Of a stretch of DNA of 64,000 nt, positions 39,731 through 52,000 are shown piece after piece (positions within the stretch are counted from its first letter, which is position 1; every line of letters starts with the position of its first letter). Origin of the DNA: Bugula neritina. Lineage: Eukaryota > Animalia > Bryozoa. Below the pieces are notes generated by a model, which was not told where the DNA came from, did not search any database, and saw only the letters and a list, made by a program, of their open reading frames with translations. The stretch covers positions 34,347,504 through 34,411,503 of the forward strand of contig OZ037765.1 in assembly GCA_964035545.1 (NCBI GenBank). Direction: 5' to 3'. The translations under genes and the position numbers were made by a program.

Positions 39731-42700
39731 ATCGTTAATAAGACGCGCACTATATGAGTAACTATCATTACATAAATATTTCGCGCGCAAAAGGGTTATA
39801 ATTATTAGGCTGTCAATTCATGTTGATAGCAGTCAACTGTTGCAATAGTCTCGGGTTACTAGCAAAGCTAATGGTTTTGAACAAATAACCCAAAAGTTTA
39901 AAAATAAGTAGCTTGCGTATTACTAGCTACAAAAACAGGTCTGAAATAGACTGGTAAAGCAAGCTCTTATTGTAGAGTTTGCAGATGTGCTCTAAAATAA
40001 AACTTAAACTGTATGGTATTACATAAGTATTTGTATGCGAGAGATAAATGGACATTACTGAGTTTCTGGAAAACAACATACTTGAAGTTAACTTTGACAA
40101 TGGTGTGTTATTTTCATCATACATTAGCACAGATAGGGCCTATAGCATAAATCTCTAATCATATGAATCTTTATGAAGCCCACAGCTCATGTAAGGGTGG
40201 CAAATGTAATTTGAAACTAAAAATTGTGTTGCTGCGTTGTGTCTAAGGTATATTAGAGAGCAGAATTTGGTTTTACTAGCCTACCCCAACGGCATTCTAC
40301 AATGCAGCTTATATGCTGGCAGTTGTAATAAGTACTGTCAATAGCAAGGTTACTATCACTGCTAGCTCTGTGCAGTATGTAACCTCTTGAATAATTGCGC
40401 CAATTTTAAACTCTTGGAAGTTGGCCAAGTTATCATATCGCAGCCAGCCACCGGAGACAAAGCATCAGAGCTATTCATATAATATTATACTGATGCACTT
40501 GGTAGCAGAGTGGCTAATCTAATATAGTTCATAGTTCAACACCCTTTACTTTGGGAATACAGCCTCTTTTTTTAGGTTTACCTTACAAAGCATGAACATA
40601 TCTAAACTGATATTCTGATAATTTAGAGGTACATTTTGAAAACTAGGTTAATTGCACTTGTTTGCACAACAACAATAATAAAATAGATATTATGCAGTAT
40701 AATAAAAACACTCATAATACTATATAATATATTATAATGATAATAATATAATATTATAAGTACCATTACTGCATTTTATAAATCACATGGTTGCCAAAAA
40801 AATGTATCACAAATTTTGTAATTATACATCAAAAATAGAACTATAGCTAGGCAGCAGGTTAGAATAGAGTAAATTTTTAAAACATGAAATCATGATTTGA
40901 CTATTGTTTTATTTAGGCCAACCAACCTAGGAATACAAGATTGGGTTTTAGCTGACAGTTTATAACATTTAGCTTTTGAGCCAGCAGCACTGGCACTTGT
41001 GAAGTATAGGCAAAGTTAGTGAGGCGAGACTAACTAGCACTCAAATACAAGGCATATTGAGACGCAATAACAAGTCAGGAGCGTATAAATTGAAAAGAAT
41101 GTGGAAGGGGGACTATGTTTTTCAACAAGCTATAACTTAAACATGAATTGGTTTTTGAAAAAAATAAAAAAGTATATTGGAGAACATAAGTTTCTTTATC
41201 TTTTCATATTTTTTTTGTTCCTGTGACATTCAACCTGTTCGAGCTATCAGTGGAACATTGTTCATAGAGAACATAAAGCACCTGGCAAAGAGCCAGAAAA
41301 TGAAAAGTGTGACCTTAAACTAACTGTGAATATATAGATTTGATGTGGAAATTGAAGAAAATCAATATGTTGTGTTCTATATACAACAACAGTTTTTACA
41401 TTGGTTTGTTAATTACTTCATAAATCATTTATTACTTCATGCAATATTTGTTTCTGCAATTTTGCAGAGTGGCAAAATGCATTTCAAAGACATATATTAA
41501 ATGATTTTAATTATACTAGAATTTTCAAACCAAGAATTTTTGGGGAGTTTTCTTCTTCCTAAGACATATGTGGCAATTGAACACATAATAAGTTGTAGGC
41601 CACAACTCCTTTATACAACCTTGCAAGAAATTATGCAGCCATTTAAATAGAAAAGGAATTATTGAATTTATTTATTCAACATTATTAGTATTTTATAAAT
41701 ATTTGTTGCATTTAATTAATGAGCATAAAATTTGTTTTACAAATACTGTAATTAACAGCATATGGTAAAAATATATTATATATACTGGTATATATTTTGT
41801 ATTGTATTAGATTTAGGCTACATTTCTAATTAAAATGAGTTAATGGCTAAGTTTAAATATCTTCGACCTATAGATTACATTTTTATGTGCTTTAAAAATT
41901 TAACTCGTTTGTTACGACATTTCTCCATGCATAAAAGCAAAACTTACGGCAAGAAATCCTTAGCTAGAAAGATAAAAAATAATTTACTTTAATTACATCA
42001 AAAGCTAATATCAGCAAGCATTCTATAAATAATGGGAATTTACCTAGTGTAATTTTTCTTAAACTAGCTAAGCTTGCTTGGTACTTTAATAAGTTTATTG
42101 GCATAGTGTATTATGTTATACTTATATATTTTTAAGACTTTAAGGAAAATGATGTTTTAGCTGCGTTATTCCTAATGCAAGCCTTATAAATTTACAATAT
42201 ATACTAAAATATTATATTTGTAATTAGAAAGAAAACAAATTACTTTCATAAACTTATAATTATTGCATTCTGTTATTGTTAATGCTAGAATAACAAATTG
42301 AACACGGCATATGCTTCCCTAACCAGATGCTTTTAAACGGATTAAAAATAATTTGTCAATTTCTAATTATGAGGAACAAACTCCTCGGTAGTTTCTACAT
42401 TTGCGTATGATTTTATCAAGATAGGCTTGCTTTTGTGTCAACCTGTAGCCAGTGCAACTATACTTTATGTAACGAGTAAAACAGACTCATTTCAAAGTAC
42501 ACAGTCTAAAGGGTAGGAATTACTACAAAGAAAAGTGCCGGTTAAAAGTTAATTATAATTGGAAATAAGGTGAAATATCAGTCAGAAATTAAAAAGTGTC
42601 AACTAAAAAGGTGTATTGTTATTTCTTTTTGGCTTAATGAAAATGTTTTTTGAGGAAGAAGTACGAGAAACATCTAGGAGGGGTTCATATCCACCACTGG

Positions 42701-43227
42701 CAACTACCTGTTTATTGATGAAGAACTATCCAATGATAGTACAGTATTATGGTCTTTTGCCTTATAATTGGCTTTGATTTTTTTATGTCTAATTACGAGA
42801 TACTAAACAGATGCAAAGTATGTTGTGCATAGGCAGTTTTTTTATGTCTCTAAACAACATTCTAGGAAAATATATACTGGGGATTATATTACAAACAAGT
42901 TGAGCACAACCTGTGTAATATTACCATTCATCACAGCTACAAAACTCTCTCCATAGTATATTCACCTATTCTTTATAACCACCACCTTCTCAGCTAACAA
43001 AGCTTTTCATTACAAGCTATTATACATCTATTTACATTTCTCCTAGTGGCTACTGTCTAAATTGTCATGTTAGCTGATTGCCAACTAGAATTATCAACTA
43101 ATACCAAAGAGTATACATAGCTTGAGTGAATATCATTATTCTAAAATCTAAATGTGTTTAAAGCCAATACCAAAGAGCATACATTTCAACAACCTATCAT
43201 ATTATCATATAAACACCATTACTTGCA

Positions 43228-43390
43228 GTGCAGCACTAACTAGCACACACTAAGAGGGAAGTCACTTATCTCTTCCTAGTCAGAGTGAGAAGATAATCAA
43301 GTCAGTTTATGGAGGATATTATGTAACATATACAGATGGTGAAGAGTATCTCAACTCACCTGCTGACTTCATTTTAATTCACTGTAAGTA
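43228..43390 (+). promoter_or_regulatory. Conserved upstream block / putative 5'UTR exon of the gene family
   Basis: Block GCAGCACTAACTAGCACACAC...TTCACT|GTAAGT recurs at ~2070, ~13697, ~18118, 43228 and partly at ~61100; it ends in a consensus donor and lies ~370 bp upstream of the ATG in two copies. Confidence 0.45.
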
Positions 43391-43763
43391 TAATTTATTT
43401 ATTATAAAAAATGTAAGTGACTGAAAGGTTAATTTACTTTAGTACCTGTAATGGGAGAAATTGCGTTGACAATGGAGGCCTCTTACAGAGTTGATTAACC
43501 TTAAAATGAAGAGAATTTAACATTTATTTGGTGTTATAAAATCTCTCAGTACATCATCTTACAGGTGTTACTTGATTTTACATCCTTTCTAGAGTATATT
43601 ATATGATATAACTATATGGCTGGTATACATGGTATCAGTAGAGATATGTTACAGGAATGTCAAAAGCTAGCTTTAGTTTCTAGTATTCTACCATGCATAT
43701 AGTTGTTACAGATGAGAATGAAGACTATTGAATACAACTAGAGCTGTAACCTGTGACTACAGG

Positions 43764-45925
43764 ATGGGTCAACGTAAATCTGTTCCTAAAGACGAATCAA
43801 GTTAGTAAATTATATAAATATAAATACTACCAGTAGCTGCAGAACTTTTACATTATACGTTTTTATGAGTTATATGACATTCAGTTGCAGCACTAGAGAA
43901 ATTGAAGTAGCATTAGTTTTATAATTCTCTTAAAAAAGTTTGCATTGGGGTGTGGTTAAAAATCTCATGAGAACATAACTCTATTTGTTACATTTCTGAT
44001 CTAGAAACACAAGCTTTGTTCAACTTTTTATTACTTTGCACCTAACTTTGTATTCACCACAACTGGGTGCATTATTGTATAATGTTATATACTGAAGCTT
44101 ATATTATAATAATATATTAAAGTATAATATATTGTTATACTGACATATATATTATATTATATCACAAATATGATGCTGACCTATACTATAAAGTGTTATT
44201 ATTATTTTATATTATATTGTAGCTATTATACTAACCTACATCATGTTATGTTACAATAATTATAGTAACCTTAGTTAACTATTATAACATGCACATTTTA
44301 CTGACCTATATTGCTTTATATTACATTATATTACATTATATTACATTAGAATACTATAACACATACTGTACAGAAGTATAAACAACATGGCTACCCTTTA
44401 CCTGTCATCTGCTATAGCTGACGTCTGCACCAGTTACAGGGATGAGTCATACTCTTAGGTATAAACTGACAAAGTGGGCACAACTTGAATATATATTCAG
44501 ATTTTATCACAGGATTTCAATTTAATTATCTGTAATTTTAAGTAGTTAAAATATAAAATGTTTATTGTGTAACTATTGCCAGTTATGGTTCTATGCATTG
44601 ATAGTGTTTACAAACATTCTATTATTATAAAAACTTTTATTTATAAAGTTGCACATATTTTATAGAGAAGTACGAGGTGTGGTTCAACACATCCAGTATA
44701 GATGGAGCTGATGATGAGTGGATGTGGAATAGTACTAGATCCTACACTATAGAAGAGATCAGAAATAAAAGTAGACATCATACAGTTACTCATGTTGAAC
44801 TGGTGTATGACATTCCTCCAAATATCAACAAACTGTTTCCTCATCTCACACATCTGAAGGTATCTGGAGTAGACAGTAATGCTAACTGGACCAGGTATTA
44901 TGTTGTTATAATTTATAACTATATTCATAAGTGAGATATTATCTTGTAGTAGAATGTGGAGTAATCTCCCCTCACAAAAACACTAGCTTTAGTAACAACT
45001 TTTGTATTATTTACCTTATTTATTGTATTTCTATTTATGTTTCAATTTAAAGTAAGTTGGTGTCATTCAAACATATCAATAAACATATAATGTATAATAG
45101 TATGTGATAATTATGTAGAATTGAATATACTGTTACACCTGTATATAATTATTATGTTACAGCATATCTTCACTGAAGAATCTTGAGGTATTGAATATAT
45201 CAGATAATAACCTATCTGAAGATCTACCTGACAATATATTCACATCCTTACTATCATTGAGAGAGTTGAACATGGAGAACTGTAAACTGTCAACTCTACC
45301 AAACAGGTGTGGATTATATTATACATTATGAAGTTATCTGCACTATCTTTATTGAGTCAACTAGACTCTGTGTATATGATACGTCACAAGTCAATTATTG
45401 TATTCTTTTCTATTAGATATGTACTCAGATAGAAATGGTATATCAACTTCTCACTTATTCCTCTAATAAATTATTTTGCTGTGTAACAGTTTATATTGGC
45501 ACCAGGTATAAAATTTGTTATAATATAGAATTATATCCATATAAGTTAGATACTCTCTTGTAGCTGAGTGTAATGTGAAGCTATTATACATTTCTCTTTA
45601 AAATAATCCGAGCCTAAGCAGCAACTGCTGTATTATTTATCTGACTTTTAGTGGTCAGATCAAGAGTTAAATAAAACTAAATTATTCTTATTCAATAATA
45701 TTATTTCTATATATAGTAGGTCAACTTACTACCTTTTCGTTATCTTACAGCATATCTTCACTGAAGAATCTTGAGGTATTGAATATATTTGATAATAAGC
45801 TATCTGAAGGTCTACCTGACAATATATTCACATCCTTACTATCATTGAGAGAGTTGTACATGAAGCACTGTAAACTGTCAACTCTACCAAACAGGTGTGT
45901 ATTTTATTGTAGTGTAGAATAATAT

Positions 45926-46008
<83 letters not shown>

Positions 46009-49000
46009 TTATATATTTTTATATTTTTATATTTATATATATACGTATACATATACGTATATATATAATATACATGCCAATTATCTACTGAATATTTTAA
46101 AAATAGCATAAATTACGTAGTATTACTATGCCTATTTGCATCCAATTTACTAGTTTTACATTTATGGCAACTGTAATGTATTTTGTTTAAAATGGTTATT
46201 GCAAGCATTATTCAATTATTCATATATTCACATTGTAATCACAGCGAAACTTGAACTTTATAGCTTTGTATTTAAGTGCATGAGTGAGTTTTAAATTTTC
46301 TTTTAGGTTTATATGCATAAAAAATGTGTTTAAAATATTTACCAATAAACAAAACTAAAAAGATTTACACATAAAAAAAATAATATAATAATAAAAGTGG
46401 CAAAATTTTCTCTTTATAACTTATAATGGCGCCCATATGATTCCCTAAGATTTCCTAATAGCGGCACTCTTAATGTATATACCACTCTGGACCTTAACTA
46501 TGCTGTGGATGTACAGTTCTAACTGATATAACTTATTACTGTGATGAAAGTCTATATTTCTTCTTCTGGTGGACAGAGTGACTTGTTTCTTGTTATTTAT
46601 AGTAGTCAAAGTTCCTTCTGTAACATGGCTACATAAGGGTGTGATCTCTAATACCCGCATAACAACATTCTTCAAGAAACGCAGACTATATATGAATATT
46701 GCAGTTTTCATGTTCCGTCACTATAAACATGTTAATAATCTCAGCACTACATGTATATATGCTAAAAGTTCCACCATGCTTTCATATAACATGTATATTA
46801 TGTTTCATACAGCATATCTTCACTGAAGAATCTTGAGGTATTGAATATATCAGGGAATAACCTCTCTGAAGGTCTACCTGACAATATATTCACATCCTTA
46901 CTATCATTGAGAAAGTTGGACATGGAGATCTGTCAACTGTCAACACTACCAAACAGGTGTGTATTATATTATATATTATGCAGTTATCTGCACTATCTTT
47001 ATTGAGTCAACTAGACTCTATGTATATTATACGTCACAAGTCAATTATTGCATTCTATTCTATTAGATGTACTCAGATAGAAATGGTATATCAACATCTC
47101 ACTTATTCCTCTAATAAATTATTTTGCTGTGTAACAGTTTATATTGGCACCAGGTATAAAATTTGTTATAGTATAAAATTATATCCATATAAGTTAGATA
47201 CTCTCTTGTAGCTGAGTGTAATGTGAAGCTATTATATATTTCTCTTTCTCTTTGAAATAACCCCAGACTTAGTAGCAACTGCTGTATTATTTATCTGACT
47301 TTTAGTGGTCAGATCAAGAGTTAAATAAAACTAAATTATTCTTATTCAATAATGATACTTTTATATAGTAGGTCAACTTACTACCTTTTCGTTATGTTAC
47401 AGCATATCTTCACTGAAGAATCTTGAGGTATTGAATATATCATGGAATAACCTATCTGAAGGTCTACCTGACAATATATTCACATCCTTACTATCATTGA
47501 GAGAGTTGGACATGGAGTGCTGTAAATTATCAACTCTACCAAACAGGTGTGTATTATATTATAGTGTAGAATTATACTGTAATATGTATAATATATAAAC
47601 ATATGATTAATATAATTGTGTAGAAACTTATGACATATTATTTTACCATAATCAGAGTGACTTATAATATTATAATTATGTCTATATTGAGATATAATAT
47701 AACGTTATACTAAGATATAATATAATATTATACTGAGATTAATTATAATGTTATTCTGAGATATATTATAATACTATACTGAGATATAATATAATGTTAT
47801 ACTGAGATATATTATAATGTTATATTAAGATATATTATAATGTTATACTGAGATATATTATAATATTATACTGAGATATATTATAATATTATACTGAGAT
47901 ATATTATAATGGTAGTCAATCCATAGTTACTGGGTGATGCATTGTATCATTTACTTTAATTTATCAAATACCTGGTAGTAGAACTCCTAACATAGCTATA
48001 AAATAAATATAATAGTAAACTACAATTATTCCTAACACCTATACATAAAGCTATAAATATAATTGCAGAATCCTATATACTATTTATTATAATGGTATAT
48101 ATTAGAAAGTATAATATGAAATTATATTATTTATTTTTGTACAAAACAGTATTTCTATTTCTTTCAGCATGCAGAGTCTACAGAAGTTAGAGCTACTGTA
48201 CATAGCAGGCAATAAGTTCACCAGTTTACCATCTCCTGCGTACACACTGAGTAGTTTGCAAAAACTGAATATATCTTCCAACTACTCCCTGACATCCTTA
48301 GATCCTGAGATACTACAGCTAACTCAACTTCGTACACTGTATGTTAGAAATTGTGATGCTCTCACCTCTCCTCCACTAGAAGTATGTGAGAGAGGAGTAG
48401 ATGCTGTGAGACAATACTACACAGACTTGGCTAAAGGAGCTGGTAGAAGTCTTCCATTCGCTACTATAGCTGTGCTGGGTAATACTATGGCTGGGAAGAC
48501 CAGTCTAATCAGAACATTACAGAATGCTGACAGAAAGAGAGTTCTGACTAACAGAAGGCCAGATGCTGTGAAAGATGAGACAACAAAGGTGTTTAATGTT
48601 GAAGAGGTGGGGGTGGATGGTACAGTACTTCGTGTCATTGATATGGGAGGCCAGGAGGTCTACCATATCACCTATCAACTGACACTGAGACAGAACTGTA
48701 TTCCAGTCATAGTAGTCAACATGGAACAGTACGAAGAGATCTTAAATGATTCAACACACAGAGAAGCTGTTAGAAGATTAGCTTTTGATTACATGTCTCA
48801 CCTCTATCTGGCTAACCCAATTCTGGGTGCTCCAAAACTTATCTTCACACATAAAGATAAGTTTCAAAATGCAGAATTTCAGGAGCTTCGAAAGAACTTT
48901 CTAGAAAGTTCGAATCAACTGTGTGAGGAAATGATTAGGGAAGAGAAAGCATTGGGTAGAGAATTTGCTCAAATCAAACATTTTAGTGAATCAGCTGGAA

Positions 49001-52000
49001 GAGTCTTTCCTGGTAAGGACATTTATGAGGTGGGGAAAGATGATAAGTATGAAGTGTTTGACCTGATCAAGGAGTCTCTTCTTCAAAGCAGTCACCATTT
49101 TGTGAAACCTTTACCTCTGGTCTGGGAGGAAGTAAATGAAAAAGTGCTGTCTATTCCCTCTGTGTACAGCACCTTTGATGAGATACTCAAATACGTGCAA
49201 ACCGAACTTCAACAAATTGAGTCAAGTCAGCTGGACATAATCCTCACTTACATGCATGACTGCGGCAAAGTATTGTGGTATAAAAATATCAGCTCTCTCC
49301 GGCCATACGTATTCCACAAGATTTCACAAGTCACCAAACTTCTCTGTGTCTTGTATCATCATGATGCTAACATCTGGCAGAGTAGAGTTAACAAGTTCCA
49401 GCCGTGCTATTCAAAGGATGGGATGCCTGTTGAGAAGCAGGACTTTGAGGAATCCGTTAATCATTTCACTGACACTGGTTTGATGATGCAATCTCTTCTT
49501 GTCTATTTGATTCAAAATGAAACAATATTCCACAGTTTTGAGAATGTTGAAGTTGCTATCTGCTTACTCCAGACGTTCCGTTTGCTGCACGGTCCAATAC
49601 ATAGCAAGTCTGAAGACCCATGGTTCATTGTACCTCAGTTTGCTAAGAACTACTACAGCACTTCTTACTCACCACCCAAAGACATGCTGCTTCATGTTGA
49701 GACACAATTCAATGGTCTAGCCCTGCCACACTATGTCTACCACCAAATGACAGTCGGCTTGTTGGAGTTGTTTCCCGGTGATTCTCCCAGGATAAAAGTG
49801 AGAAGAAATGGAGCCAATGTCTATCAAGATGGAATCTACACACAGCTGGTACACGACCATAAATCTAGAAAAATTTCACTCCACGTGTCATCTGATGCTG
49901 CAAACATCAGCAGAATGTGGGAGAGACTCATCACCACCAACAACAACATCCTTAGACATGTTCTACAAACTTGGAAAGCAACTAGACCAGTCACTACATG
50001 CTACTGTGCTCACTGTCTTCTGCTAGGACTTCCTTGTCCTAAGAAAGTGCAAAGACCTCAATGGTGTCTTCGTTCTTTACAACATTCCACACCGAGTTCC
50101 AGACTGTGTAGTGGAACTTCAACAACTCTGTGTGGTGATGAGGAGATCCCAAGTGCTCTGCTCTACCCATGTATGTTTATTTGTATTGTAGTGCAATGCC
50201 TGTAAAATTATATTTTACTGCAATTTACCAAATGTGTGCATTTATTTGAAAAGGAATTATTCATTGATATAACTGTAATGCGGTTTCACGACACCCGACT
50301 GTATAAATTTCTAAGCAATTCATTGTTTCAGGTGAACCACTGTCTGAACGAGAAGCTGATAAGTTGGAGAAGTTTGTGAATGAACTGAATGTTCGAAGAC
50401 CTCAAGAAAGATTAGCTAATTCTGGTGAATACATTATGACCAGTTTTTACAAGCTTGTGTTCTTTAAAAGTTTTACTTTATTTAAAAATCTTATCACAAG
50501 AAATTCCTGCATTGCATCTGAATACCAAACTGCTAGCCGTCATAGTATTATGTTTTTTACTTATTCCTTGTGTAGCTAAGTATTGTAGTGAGTAGTGCAA
50601 GTACAAATACAGGAATCGCCCTCTCCCTACTCTTGGAATACTTAGACTCTTATGTAGCAACCAATTAGCAGCTCCGGAAGATATGCTTCCGATTCACGTG
50701 ACACTTCCCGGGTTATTAACATTATATCACGTTGTTGTAAGCGGAGGCTTGTAGTAGTAACATGTGTTAGTAGTTGACTCTTGTATAGGATAATTTGATG
50801 TGATGTTTGGTTTATGCTTTATTGTGGATAATAAATATAATTACTCGACAGCTACCCTAGTAATTGATAACAGAATAACCAGCTAACTATACGCAAGTAA
50901 ATAACTCACGCTCAGTAATTGCACAAATTACTACAGTATTGTAGTCGGTTTATACTTTATAGCCGCCGAAAGTAGCCAATCAGATCTTTTGACCACCGCA
51001 ATAACAGCCAATGACAATCTCAGTGATCTTTCTGATGATGAGGAGAATCTGTACCCTGATGGAAAGGAAGTTGAAGAGATGAAGTTTATAAGACTCAGAC
51101 TGAATCCTACCAGTAACCTAACGATAAGACAGCTGTTCTCAAACACTGACAAGGTGATCGCTTCTTATATATGGCTATGTCCTTTATTTTTGCCAGTTGT
51201 TTAGTTCAGCAGTAACAAGTATTTCTCTGTTACATCCAGGTGTTTACTATGACTAGAAAAAGAGGAAGAGCTCTGATAATAAACAACAGGAGCTTTGATA
51301 AGAGACCAGATTTGTGTAGGAAAGGTTCAGATGTGGATGTTGAGAATATGTCTGCCATGTTGAAATCTCTCAAGTTTGATGTTGTGACACACACAGACCT
51401 GAAGGCTGAGGTATGTTTTGCTGCTGCTTTACTTATCAAGATAAAAATGGAACTTTTTGTTAGTTTAAAAAAAGCATCCATATACAGTATTTTACTGTCC
51501 CATACTTTCTAGGAAATGCTGTCCGCTGTTCAATCTGAGGTGGAAAAAGAAGAACACGAAGATCTGGGATGTCATGTGTTGGTTATCATGACTCATGGAG
51601 GACTAAACAACCACATCTATGGTACAGACCTGAAACGAGTGAAACTAACAGATGTGTATGATATTCTGACCCCTTTGAACTTCCCAGGAATGGCTGGCAA
51701 ACCAAAGGTTGTTATACTGGAAGTCTGCAGTGGAGGTAATCAGTTGATACAACATTTGTGGTTACTTCGGAGCTGTGTTCTTTTGACTGTTAGTAAATGA
51801 TTAAATGTGTCTATATTGCTGTTCATTTATGCTATTAACTAATCATGTGGGTATTTAAAGTTGCGTTTATACCTTCACGATTTTCGGTCAAAATTTCAAT
51901 TTGGCCGGGTTGAAATTTCTCCGAGTTGCATTGCATTGTAAAAGCCACCCGTTGAAATTTTTGTACTGCAATAACTTAATCGGCCAATTTTAGAATAGGA

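Larger units (their letters stand above)
19805..42879. mobile_element. 23,075-bp insertion with 8-bp TSD; giant DNA transposon, superfamily unresolved (hAT, P or Zisupton/KDZ)
   Basis: TSD GGGATTAT at 19797-19804 and 42880-42887; empty site visible in the paralog at ~15331 (AGGATTAT). Ends are CAG...CTG with an imperfect 18-bp TIR (12/18). Inverted subterminal motif GTATCTCGT (19822, ~19950) / ACGAGATAC (~19858, 42795). Confidence 0.82.

Noticed and set aside
38812-41258. Possible 2.4-kb nested element with long inverted ends (GATAGCTCGAACAG / CTGTTCGAGCTATC)
   Set aside because: Ends are too diverged and no TSD was found; could be two independent copies of one repeat.
45163-47546. VLR-like somatic assembly of LRR cassettes
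   Set aside because: All cassettes are ordinary spliceable exons inside genes; no incomplete germline gene, orphan cassette library or recombination signals are visible in this window.
48417-50026. Short antisense and alternative-frame ORFs inside the Roc-COR exon (and antisense ORFs over exon 2 and the caspase exons)
   Set aside because: Shadows of the real coding frame.
48169-50205. Calling the gene MFHAS1 or LRRK2
   Set aside because: It shares the Roco core only; there is no kinase and there is a caspase, and orthology cannot be shown without a phylogeny.
51040-51063. ENLYPDG resembles the TEV protease site ENLYFQG
   Set aside because: P1 is Asp, not Gln; chance similarity is likely and a caspase-type site is the simpler reading.
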